Origin: Oculina patagonica | Lineage: Eukaryota | Direction of reading: 5' to 3' | Length of the DNA stretch: 64,000 nucleotides | NCBI RefSeq assembly: GCF_052425735.1 | Contig: NC_135759.1 | Location: forward strand, 17,608,001 to 17,672,000 | Part shown: in pieces, positions 27,201 to 36,884 of the stretch | Numbering within the stretch: position 1 is the stretch's first letter | How the letters are laid out: every line of letters begins with the position of its first letter | Notes under the pieces: model-generated | What the model saw: only the letters and a program-made list of their open reading frames with translations | Told to the model about the DNA's origin: nothing | Database searches by the model: none | Translations under genes and position numbers: made by a program

Positions 27201-28330
27201 TTCAGGATGCACAGAAACTTAGTTATGGACCTTGAAACATGGTTAAAAATCCATACAAACGTTTATAATAATTACAAACACTTATTACACTCCACTTGGC
27301 TTCTTTTATCAGTATTCTTGACTGCACAAGTCATATATTTCAAAGCTAAACTTTGTTAACAACAAATCCAAAAGAAAAGCATTTGATCTTCTGCATCTCA
27401 TGATAACAGTTATAGTTCATTACTTGGTCCAGTCCTTCCCATTGCACTTGCAAGAGAACGAGTTGTTTGAAACAATAATATCAAGCAAAATCCGTGTGAA
27501 GAACACTGAAACTTTGCATACTACTACCAGGCCATTATAGGTAGCTTGTGTTCAGTGTGTACAGCCGCCCCCCTCATCTAAAGAAAGGTTTTTTCTTTCC
27601 GATTTTTTTTAGTAGAGGGGGGCAGCTGCACACTAGCTAATCAATAGGGGCTAAAGCCCCAATTGCAAAAATAGTAGGAAGGGATTGAACACTATAAGTC
27701 TGTGCTTGCTACCCTGTCCCCAGTCTAACCATTACAATCCATGGACTGGGTCCACAGGGGTGCTCAATGGAACTGGGTCAATGTTTTTTTTATAAAATGT
27801 GGTTTAAATTCATCTTTGATATAAAATTTTGCAAACCAGTTTGATTTTTATATTTAATTTCCTCATATTCATTATCATAATCTAAAACAAAGGAAAATAA
27901 AAATCAAACTGGTTTTAAAAATTTAAACCCAAAGATAAATTAATTTAAACCGCAACATATAAGCTTACATCCATTACAAGACGAAATCTTAATCCTTGAA
28001 GTCATTTTCATGTTGACTGGGACAATGATAGAATATTGATTTTTACGTTACCCTCAACCACGAACAACAATCCCAGAATAATATTTAGAACACGCAGTGA
28101 AAGAATTTTCATATTTTTTTACAGTCCAGCTAGTTCACACTTCAACGTACGAAAACACAAAGAAGCACAGCAAAGCAACTATGTACCATGTATCCAAAGA
28201 CATCATTTGGTTTCTCCTTGAACATCTTATTGAGAAGCTCTTCGATCTGTTTTGGTACTTCATTCTTGTTGAAATAAGCCACAGCTTCACGCTTCTCCTC
28301 CAGGCTGTATGCACCGTTTTTGACCGCCAT
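6206..28330 (-). CDS. ENO4: Enolase 4 (enolase-like protein), 12 coding exons, 616 aa
   Basis: Exons in transcription order: 28187-28330, 26247-26291, 25029-25112, 23576-23850, 20988-21354, 19926-20054, 19498-19560, 18835-18999, 18029-18154, 16520-16712, 15853-15920, 6206-6397. All introns GT-AG with consistent phases; total 1851 nt. Enolase-like motifs [62 protein letters not shown], plus the ENO4-type N-terminal extension. Confidence 0.93.
6507..6758. mobile_element. Palindromic MITE, PIF/Harbinger-like
   Basis: TIRs ggctatgtttacacgggaccgg / ccggtcccgtgtaaacatagcc; flanks taa / tac. Confidence 0.8.
7145..7195 (-). ncRNA. Second (inverted) copy of the minimal hammerhead ribozyme, sense to ENO4 pre-mRNA
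   Basis: Exact reverse complement of 7790-7840. Confidence 0.75.
7790..7840 (+). ncRNA. Minimal type I hammerhead ribozyme motif in the Penelope pLTR
   Basis: attttttaa-CTGATGA-a-ggct[taagcaat]agcc-GAAAC-GTC-ttgaaaaaat: conserved core, 4-bp stem II, stem I formed by the flanks, palindromic ACGT stem III, predicted cleavage after GUC 7830. Confidence 0.75.
8322..9113. mobile_element. Internally deleted PIF/Harbinger-type DNA transposon
   Basis: Long TIRs ggccccgtttacacgggtccggacaaatttttgca / tgcaaaaatttgtccggacccgtgtaaacggggcc, TAA TSD on both sides, subterminal gtttacac repeats, residual ORF 8525-8830(-). Confidence 0.85.
9826..14666 (+). CDS. Secreted trypsin-like (S1A) serine protease zymogen, 5 exons, 321 aa, nested antisense in the last intron of ENO4
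   Basis: Exons 9826-9916, 11250-11494, 12245-12473, 13433-13633, 14467-14666 (966 nt, phases consistent). Signal peptide, CGVRP propeptide, R|ITGG activation site, [22 protein letters not shown] (Asp in the S1 pocket). Confidence 0.93.
10969..11166. mobile_element. Palindromic MITE
   Basis: Imperfect TIRs aataagccattttcgagttaccctttgc..gtttcaaaac / gttttgaaac..gcaaagggtaactcggaaataacctatt. Confidence 0.65.
12575..13245 (+). repeat. Degenerate tandem repeat of about 105-110 bp (about 6 units) in protease intron 3
   Basis: Recurring unit cagtaccacatgaaagtactgctcaatagtttt..ttgaatggtcacac..agggttt..tccacagac..aaagt.agaaccacc; a fragment also lies at about 44604-44628. Confidence 0.85.
15246..15591. 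mobile_element. Tc1/mariner-type MITE (TA TSD)
   Basis: ta|ccgtatttattcgatt ... aatcgaatatatacgg|ta with internal gggcgcttatt repeats. Confidence 0.75.
17001..17248 (-). mobile_element. tRNA-derived SINE (V-domain-like core)
   Basis: On the minus strand: A-box tggcgcagtgg, B-box gggttcaattcc, followed by gagtttgttgttggttctc..gggtttttctccgggttctccagttttcctccctcc. Confidence 0.8.
17526..17894. mobile_element. Degenerate Kolobok-like MITE
   Basis: ttaa|aaggactatgtcac ... gtggcatagcccct|ttac; imperfect TIR and TSD. Confidence 0.5.
21392..22459. mobile_element. Three nested non-autonomous DNA elements in ENO4 intron 4
   Basis: Outer element ..ggtgccagag / ctctggcacccagggta. Middle palindrome aatacccgatt..catgcacg / cgtgcatg..aatcgggtatt (21456-22380). 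Inner Harbinger-like element ggttgtttaccatttaca / tgtaaatggtaaacaacc (21555-22303). Confidence 0.75.
22714..22960 (+). repeat. Tandem repeat of about 70-80 bp, 3.5 units
   Basis: Recurring atgcaatg(c/t)gtg..aga...cacattgcag.cct.tcatactagtat. Confidence 0.75.
24343..24616 (-). mobile_element. tRNA-derived SINE (same family as 63241-63530)
   Basis: Reverse complement reads ggaggtgcagtggcccaatggttagtgcg...gggggaaccctgcgatggactagcatcccattcaggg...gctacggaaacaggaataagctccggc. Confidence 0.85.
25645..25863. mobile_element. MITE with CA..TG ends and 5-bp TSD
   Basis: cagaa|caaccctccaagtt ... aacttggagggttg|cagaa; internal ttagtcgcca repeats. Confidence 0.8.
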
Positions 28331-28335
28331 TTTGA

Positions 28336-28349
28336 ATCGCCAAGGCAAC
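28336..28349 (-). promoter_or_regulatory. RFX X-box-like motif immediately upstream of the ENO4 start codon
   Basis: Minus strand gttgccttggcgat versus consensus GTTGCCATGGCAAC, 5 bp from the ATG; fits a cilia/flagella-associated gene. Confidence 0.5.
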
Positions 28350-31300
28350 TTCAGTTGTTTACAAGAGACTCGTTTTCATGTACAAGCAAGTGCTGGTTCC
28401 CAGTCCCTTCGTATCCTCAATTTCGTTGATTTTGTTGTTTCCTCGTCTTTCCTCTGTGAATTCTGAAAAAAAACGAAACTTTTATTAGAAGTCTTAGTAA
28501 AAATAAAACTCACTATTATAACAGTGAAATGCCTTACAGTTATAGGCCATTTGGTCTCGTTGTCTCTATTATATATTAAAAAATATTCAATCAGTTATTG
28601 AGACAATTTCTTACCGCAAAAATAAATTTCTCTAAAAAGAAATGGGTGATTTACAGAATTTTGAGCATCCTTTACTTCGTACATATCTGGCACAGACGCA
28701 GGTAGAGTACAGGAAACAAAATAATTTACGGTTTGACGTTCCGTGCTACAAAACTCTTGTAAATCATGTAAAGACAAATCAAAACAAATTTACATGGCTT
28801 TCTTTCACAAAAAGGCAAGGAAATGAAAAGGTGTCAAAAAGCTACATTAAATGCAGCACACAGTCTAACCAGCTTAATTCTACTGTTATTGAATCATTGA
28901 TGATATATCAATATATTGTTCCTGAAAGCGTGACATTGAAAAATGATTGATACGGTTGGTTGAACTAGTTTGATTGCGGGAGGTTAATAACAAATCCATT
29001 AGTCTTTTGCCTGATCGCCATAAATCTCCTTAAATTGTCAGGATCTGTCAGTTCTAAGAATTTTGTGATGTTGAAAATTATTTTGCATGGCAATAGCCTC
29101 CAGTTAATGAAGTTTGTTTACTTTCATTACATATCTGCATGACCGTGTATTGAAATCAGTATACTTGAAGAATTTGATGTCCGGGTCACTTCTGAAAGTA
29201 AATATTTATCGATTAGAATTAAGCTGAAGAAAAATTACCTTTGAGTAAGGAACATTGTTTTCCTTTTACATTTTTCTACTAAACTCGCATTTTTTAACAG
29301 CTTATATTATTAAGATTTTTCGACAAAACGTTATGCTAAAGAACATTGTGTGTAATTTTATTCTTTATTTCTATGTAACTAAATAAAGATTCTATATTTT
29401 AATTTTTCGACGGTTTTCACAAATAAAAGTATTTTATCTTAATAGTAAATTCCAAAGCAGTTCGTGCTAAATTTGTAGTCATCTTTACAGAATGGTAGCT
29501 AACAAGGACTGTCTTTAATTTCCGGAATTACATTTCTCATGGACTAGAAGATGTTTCTGCAAATTGTGTGCACACATGAAGTCAGATCAACTGCATGGTT
29601 ACCCGTTTGCGTCTCACTTTTAAGGAATTTATTTACTGTTTTTAATTTATTTAATTAATTACATAATATGAAAAGGAATTCTGTACAAACTGGATCAGAA
29701 GGGATTGACACAGCTATGGATGAAGAGTGCTCACTGACACTATTATATTCTCGCCATATTTTACTCCAACGTTATTTACGAGAGTCAGATAAGCAAATCC
29801 ACTTCGTCCTGATGGCACACAAGCATGCAGATGATAACATAAAGAAATGGATGAAGTAAAGAGGTACATGAAACCTGAATTTCATTCCAACTCCAAACGT
29901 TTCTCCGAACTCCATAAATTGTATTCTGACCCTCCGCACTGCCAAGGTACATTTTATCTGACATGTCACAGTATCCTGGTGATCTTCAGGCATTTCCCGG
30001 TACACTTAAAATGCCTTTCACGTGTCCTAGCGGAATTGAGTAGACTATCAGCAAGTAGGCGACTGGAAATTTGCTATTAGGAAATGTTCCATTTCGCCAG
30101 CGATCAAGGAAATACTTGTTTAGTTTCGATGTTAAGACGGTTAATTAAGCCCAATTTTCTCGACCCTCGGCCCCTTCTCAGCGTAAGAGATTGTTTGGAC
30201 ATTTGGGACTTCCACTCTTGCTAACAGTTAATAAACCAGTTAACGTCAATTCTCCGAAAGGAAACTTCTACAAGGACAATCTATCTTTAGTTTGATTAAC
30301 TACAAGCTGACTTTCGTTAAGTTATCTGGCGTCTCAAGCTTGAAATAACGCAAGAAGGTTAACGTTGACTGAAATTTTCATATAAGTGAATAGTTCTTGG
30401 TCTCCCCTCAACGAGAATTGACCAATAAAAGTTTTTTTCCTGTGAAACGGCTGGGCGTTTATTTTCTGCATCACGAAATTAATCTTACTAGTTTGGATAT
30501 TTGAGGTTAATGCGGTCCACAATAATAATGCATTGACTAAAGAGACCGCTTCAGGAGTGGTTACATAGTGAGAGCTTAGGTAAATCAGCATTGCCTTGTT
30601 TCTTCCTATACTGTTTGGTAAGTGCATGTTGCTCTTTTTCGTACAGCTAAACCGTTCCTTTTTTGATTGTGCGACATATATTGGCAACAAGAAAGCTGAC
30701 AAGGCGCTGTAGTGATCGATAAATATATTTTCTGTCAGAGTTACAAAGTTTTACCAACAAACAAAACAAACAAACTTTGAAGAAGAATGGCAGTATACTT
30801 TGGCAAGAGCAGGGCTATCCAAAAGCACGCTCTACCTTCTCCTGGTAAGCACAAAGATTTTTGATATTTTTGTCCCAACTTCAGGAATATCTTCTTCGAG
30901 GCTCAAGATCTTTAATTTTTCCCTCTAGTTAAAGTTTTCTATTTAACAAATCAACCCTTAGCAATTGTCTTCCCCTGCCATAAAATGCGCAGCTACTTGC
31001 CTACTAGCACACGATCTGTAGTAAACGTCTTAACGCGGAGGTCAAATCAGGCATAATTAAAAGGCAATCAATCTTTATAAAGTTGTTCCGGGAAATGAGT
31101 GAATCCGGTTTTAACGATACAATTTGTTGTTTGCATGTTCAGTTGTCAATTCTTCTGTACCCCTAACCTAACCTGGTAATAAAAGTGTTGGGCTGAAGTT
31201 TCCAACAATCTATGTAAAATCGCTAACTACAAATCTTTATTTCGCTTAAAGAGGTTAAGAACTAACTTCGCTTTTTCTTTTTGCGAACAAAACAGACGCT

Positions 31301-31383
31301 ATAAACTCCTCCTTCATTTCTCTTTAGTATCGTAGTGAAATTAATCGCAAATTGCAAGCTGAGCATTTATTTTTGTGGAAGGT

Positions 31384-34300
31384 TCAGGGCATAAACTTTG
31401 TCGACACACTATCGGACACTTCCTTCCTTGCATTCCAAAAAAAGAGATTCCCATAAAATATTTCAAGCAATCTATTTTTCTAGGAATTAAAAATGAGAAT
31501 TGTTCAGAATGTCACTTGGTTTGTTGCTTAAATTACTAACACAGTTATCTTAATTTTGTTTTGCGTTGAATTGAACTCGTGATTGAATGTAATTCTATTT
31601 TCTTCTCTTTCTCTCTCTGTGTTCTACGTAAAGTTCCTCCTTACTACCTTCTTACTTATTTAACTCACGTACCCATCCATTTACTTCCGAGTTACCTACC
31701 TTCCGCGTTCCTGCCTTCATATCTCTATGACGTTTACTCTTAAAAATATTTAACGATTAGAATCCGTGTTGTTAGCTTCAACTTACATTATCCTGAAAGC
31801 GAAAAAAGAGGAAGAAAAATGCACTGCATTTCATCCCTAAAACTGCCCTTCTCCCTTTCCCAATCTAATATCTTTTATCTTCTGTATATTGTGGCAGCTC
31901 TCAGATCCATATTTATGGAATTGTTTTACTTCTGGTTCCATTTCTCTGTTAATCTCTCTCTTTTATTTTATTCGTCTGTTGTTCAAGGTTTCTGATCGGG
32001 TTTGTTAGTGTATACATAGCAACTGTTGGTCGATTAATTTTACATTATTTGCATGCTCCTGTTTAAATTACTTACCAGGAGCTTTAAATATTATTCTCTC
32101 GCTTCATTTCGAAATGAAAACGATTTAAGTATTAAATCATCTCAGCACCTTTACGTCTCGTACTCAAAATTTTTGAAAATTAGCTTGTCATGTTTCATTG
32201 TCCATGGTGATTAACGGTATAGTGTATAAAAATACAGTTTTAAAATTTGTTAAATGCAAAAGTTTATTGTATTTCATTTTTTGCCACAGGCTAGGTTAAA
32301 GATTTTCTCTATCCTAAAGAAGATGCGAGGATTAAGTACTGTAATCGGCATATTGACCACAGCCATTAGAATTGGTACCCTAAATATCATTAACCGAATT
32401 TTAGAAAGCACCCTTAAACGACTGACGCAGGTTAATAGCTTGTTAACTTGATCGTAGGACATTTCTGTTTAATTAATCATTCAAAATTGGCGACTCACTG
32501 TTTGACTCTGCATGAATCTTCTAATTAAACAACACCTAATCAACCAACAAATTCATAGTTATTTATCTGACCAACACATTAACGTATCAACTGACTAAAT
32601 TACCTGACGGACTGACTGACTGACGGTATTTATGATTTATTTTCTCTATAATTCTTTATTTCTTTACTACTTTTAGATTTTGTATGAATGACGAAAAATA
32701 AAAGAGTTAATACACGTCCATTACTAACAAGAAAGGAAGGGGTCGACTTGCTTCACTTTCACTGTTTTTAAACCTTGACCGATAGAATCATTCCTTGAAT
32801 GGCCAACCAATCAACCAAATTAACTCAACCAGAAAACTAAACAAAAAAAAACGAACCTGAACAACCANNNNNNNNNNNNNNNNNNNNNNNNNNNNNNNNN
32901 NNNNNNNNNNNNNNNNNNNNNNNNNNNNNNNNNNNNNNNNNNNNNNNNNNNNNNNNNNNNNNNNNNNNNNNNNNNNNNNNNNNNNNNNNNNNNNNNNNNN
33001 NNNNNNNNNNNNNNNATCAATCGATACAACTATTAACCAATCGATGAATCATTCAACCAAACAACCAAGCACCCACCCACCCAACACCAAAAAGGAACTA
33101 ACCAAACAATCAGCCAATCAAGCAACCAACCAACGAACAAACCAAACAATCAACCAAGCAACCAACCAACCAATCAACCAAACCAACCGACCAACCAACC
33201 GACCAATCAACCCACCAACCAACGAACCAAGCNNNNNNNNNNNNNNNNNNNNNNNNNNNNNNNNNNNNNNNNNNNNNNNNNNNNNNNNNNNNNNNNNNNN
33301 NNNNNNNNNNNNNNNNNNNNNNNNNNNNNNNNNNNNNNNNNNNNNNNNNNNNNNNNNNNNNNNNNNNNNNNNNNNNNNNNNNNNNNNNNNNNNNNNNNNN
33401 NNNNNNNNNNCCTAAAGAGGTCCATCCAACCAACCTACCAACCAATCAACCAAGTACACACCTAATCATCTCACCAACCAACCAAGCACACATCCAATCA
33501 GCCAACCAACCAACTAATCATACACCCAATCTTCCATCCATCCAACCAACCGACCAACCAATCAACCAAGTACACACTTAATCATCCAACCAACCAACCA
33601 AGCACACACCCAATCAGCCAACCAACTAACTAATCACACACCCAATCAGCCAACCAACCAACTAACCAACCAACCAACCAATCAAGAACACACAATCAGT
33701 CACCAACCAGCCAACCAGTCAGCCAATCACACACCCAATCAGCCAACCAACCAATCAATCAACCAAGTACACACCCAATCATCAATCCATCCATCCAACC
33801 AACCAATCAATCAACCAATCACACACCCAATAATCCATCCATCCATTCAACCAACCAAGCACACACCCAATCTTCCATCCATCCATCCATCCATCCATAC
33901 ATCCATCCAACCAACAAAACAATCAAACAACCAACCAATCAATCAACCAAGTACACACCCAATCATCAGTCCATCCATCCAACCAACCAATCAATCAACC
34001 AATCACACACCCAATCATCCATCCATCCATCCAACCAGCAAACCAACCATCCAACCAACCAATCAATCAACCAAGTACACACCCAATCAGTCAACCAGGC
34101 AGCNNNNNNNNNNNNNNNNNNNNNNNNNNNNNNNNNNNNNNNNNNNNNNNNNNNNNNNNNNNNNNNNNNNNNNNNNNNNNNNNNNNNNNNNNNNNNNNNN
34201 NNNNNNNNNNNNNNNNNNNNNNNNNNNNNNNNNNNNNNNNNNNNNNNNNNNAACCAATCACACACCCAATAATCCATCCATTCAACCAACCAACCAACCA

Positions 34301-36813
34301 ACCAACCAATCACACATCCAATCATCCAACCGGCCAGCCAACCAGTCAGCCAATCACACACCCAATCAGCCATCCAAGCAACCAACCAAGCACTCACTCG
34401 ATCATCCAACCAACCAACCAACCAACCAAATAACCAAGCAACCAATCAATCAAACAAGCAAGATAGTACACAGCTACTTAAAGAACGGACTATCTGACTG
34501 ACTTACCACCACAGTCAGACAGACAGACAAAAAGACAGACAGTAGACTACTACTACTTAACTAACTGACAGTTAAGAGAAGAACAGACTTACTGACTGAA
34601 TGACTGACTGATTTACTATATCACAGACTTTCCAGCTCATTTACAACAACTCAGGTAAGTTATATTTTAAAATACCTCTGCATAACTTAATTTCTCTCTA
34701 CAAAGCTGAACTTACCTATTGTGCTTGTCTATAAACTTAAATACTATCATAATTTAAAAATATAAACCTTAAAGTTCCTTCCTTCTTTCTGATTACCTTA
34801 TTCCCTTTCCTTACTAGCTATTGCTTACTTGCTTGCTTACTTACTTACTGACTGACTGGCTTACTTACTTACTTAGTTAATAAACTATAACTTGTTAACT
34901 AGCCTATTCAATGACCTACTTATCTTAGACTTATAATAAGACAATTCAGTTCTACTTTTGACAAAAAAGCAGAGTTAGCCAACAAGTATTTTGCCATCGT
35001 TGGTCCTCCAGTTTAGCAAGATATTTCTCACCTCAAGACTTTTTCTTCAGGTCTTTCACTGTTCGTAAAATCTATTAAATTAAATTGAAGTTTTGTAGCC
35101 TGCAGGATGAACTGTTTTCGCATTTTGAGCTAATTCGTTTTTAGAGAAAATTAGAAGGAAAAAAGAAGCAAATCTTTCTTGGCCAAGGTCGTGTTCGGTT
35201 CAGTTGGTGGCACAACAATCTTTTTTCATGGAACAAACAGTTAGTAACAGAAAGCCTAAATCGAAATTACATAATTGTCATCATACACCTACAAAAAAGT
35301 TTGAATGTATACTTAACTGCCACCGTTTTGATCTTTAGCATTGCTTCTTTCTTGAAAAAGAGATCTAACAGTTTCTCACAATTTTCTGAATCGAAAGATC
35401 AAATCGCTCCCAAACAGCACAACGATTTCGGTATACTAGGAAGAGCAGGCAAAATATGAGTGGTTAGTAGTTCCGCGTATGCATCCGGTCGGCATCTTAA
35501 GTACAGTTACTTAATGGAGCGTTCATTCTAGGAAAAGTGTCGTTGTGTTTACGCATGCGCATGCTCATGGCATTTCCACGCGTATTGCAAACAAGAAACG
35601 GTCAAACCATTGAAACTACTTTTTTAAACTGTTTAAAACACGTATTTCATAATTTGAAATAGTTAAGAACGATAATAACGTATAGTTAGGAATCCAAAAA
35701 TAAGTAATGCTTGCATTGACGAAATGTGAAGCAGTGCGTGAATTCTTGGAAAGTCGTATGCATCATTGCTTGCTTTCAAATTTTTAAGATTTCTTAGCAG
35801 GTTAATGTGCTCGAGATCTTTCTTTTAACATTTTTGTTTGTATACATACGGAAACTATATTATATTGGTTAGGAAATGAGTAGATTCTTGTTGAAAACTT
35901 AAAAAATTGCTAATCTATCGGATACAATGGCGAGGTTACTTTTCGTTTACAGCTGTCAGCTATTTTAGTAGTTTCAAGTTACCAGCCACTGACATTGATT
36001 CCTTGTCATATTTAAAATCTAAATTAAATATAAAATTATCCGAATAATTAGAGTTTATAGAGTTCTACGATTCCCTCTATAGAAGAGAAAATGTAAAGGA
36101 ATTAAATTTGCAATTAACAACCTTTTCCAAATTAAATTCACTGCGTTTTACAGTAATGTGCCTTGGTTTGCGTTCTTATCCTGAACTCACTGCGAATCAC
36201 GATCAGTGTTACAACAAGTCTACTAGATAACAAATAAACTAAGGAGGGTAAAATTAAGTAAACTTCAAAATATCGTAATCTAAATTACGAGAATAGGTTA
36301 CATAATTACAACACGAAAAACAAATTTTCGAATCCATCAAAGGCCATTGCAGAAGGCGACACCAATTAAAAGCGTTTCGGGTAACTTGTTTCGTAATTTT
36401 GTGGCGAGAAAAGTTGCACTGGAAACTGTGACATTGTCGCACTGACAGCTAAGCACTGGTACGTCTTGCAAGAGTTTTGTTGGCTGCAGTTAGCGTTGCA
36501 CAATTTTTTTGTTCCACCGACTTTTACGACAGTTGTAATGCTTCAGCGTTGTGCAATGTTATATTTTTGGTTCTAAGTAACTTAAAGAGCCCGCCAGTAT
36601 GTTACCGGACAAGTTACAGGAAGCACTACCTTAGTGGTAACGTACTATCAATGAACCTTAACTGCGGTTTGGGCAAGTCCCTTTCTCCGATTTAAGAGGG
36701 ATTATAGCTCATGGTTAAGAAACAATAGGTGTGGTTCCCCTCTACTAAAAAGTGAAATCCGGTTATTGCTTACCTTGGAAGATGAACATGAAAAGGGACA
36801 CGAATCTTGCCAT
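31384..36813 (-). pseudogene. Possible decayed multi-exon gene for a secreted protein (candidate paralog of the cytokine-like gene)
   Basis: Exon 36774-36813 reads aaaacATG MARFVSLFMFIFQ g|gtaag (phase 1). Exon-like segments near 35310-35435, 35032-35099, 32270-32464 and 32076-32148 contain stops or frameshifts. Terminal exon 31384-31479 reads KNRLLEIFYGNLFFWNARKEVSDSVSTKFMP* and is followed by AATAAA. No intact spliced ORF could be assembled. Confidence 0.3.
32800..34460. repeat. Compound (CCAA)n/(CCAT)n microsatellite with higher-order caatcacacacccaatca units; three N gaps
   Basis: Directly visible; followed by (GACT)n/(CTTA)n degenerate runs to about 34880. Confidence 0.95.
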
Positions 36814-36876
36814 GTTTTTAAGCTAACGAGCTGACTTCGTGTAGCTGCTCCACTGCATGCCACCCTAGACTCTTGA

Positions 36877-36884
36877 TGACGTCA
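36877..36884. promoter_or_regulatory. Palindromic CRE about 65 bp upstream of the minus-strand candidate first exon
   Basis: atgacgtcat at 36876-36885; motif match only. Confidence 0.35.

Noticed and set aside
29700-31020. Coding-like minus-strand stretch with KCTGKC, ACVPS and WRNGTFPN fragments reminiscent of a TGF-beta precursor
   Set aside because: The fragments lie in different frames with many stops, and their spacing does not fit the cystine-knot pattern; cannot be supported without a profile search.
33044-34445. Trp/Gly-rich and Asn/Gln/Pro-rich ORFs in the ORF track
   Set aside because: Translations of the (CCAA)n/(TTGG)n microsatellite and N gaps.
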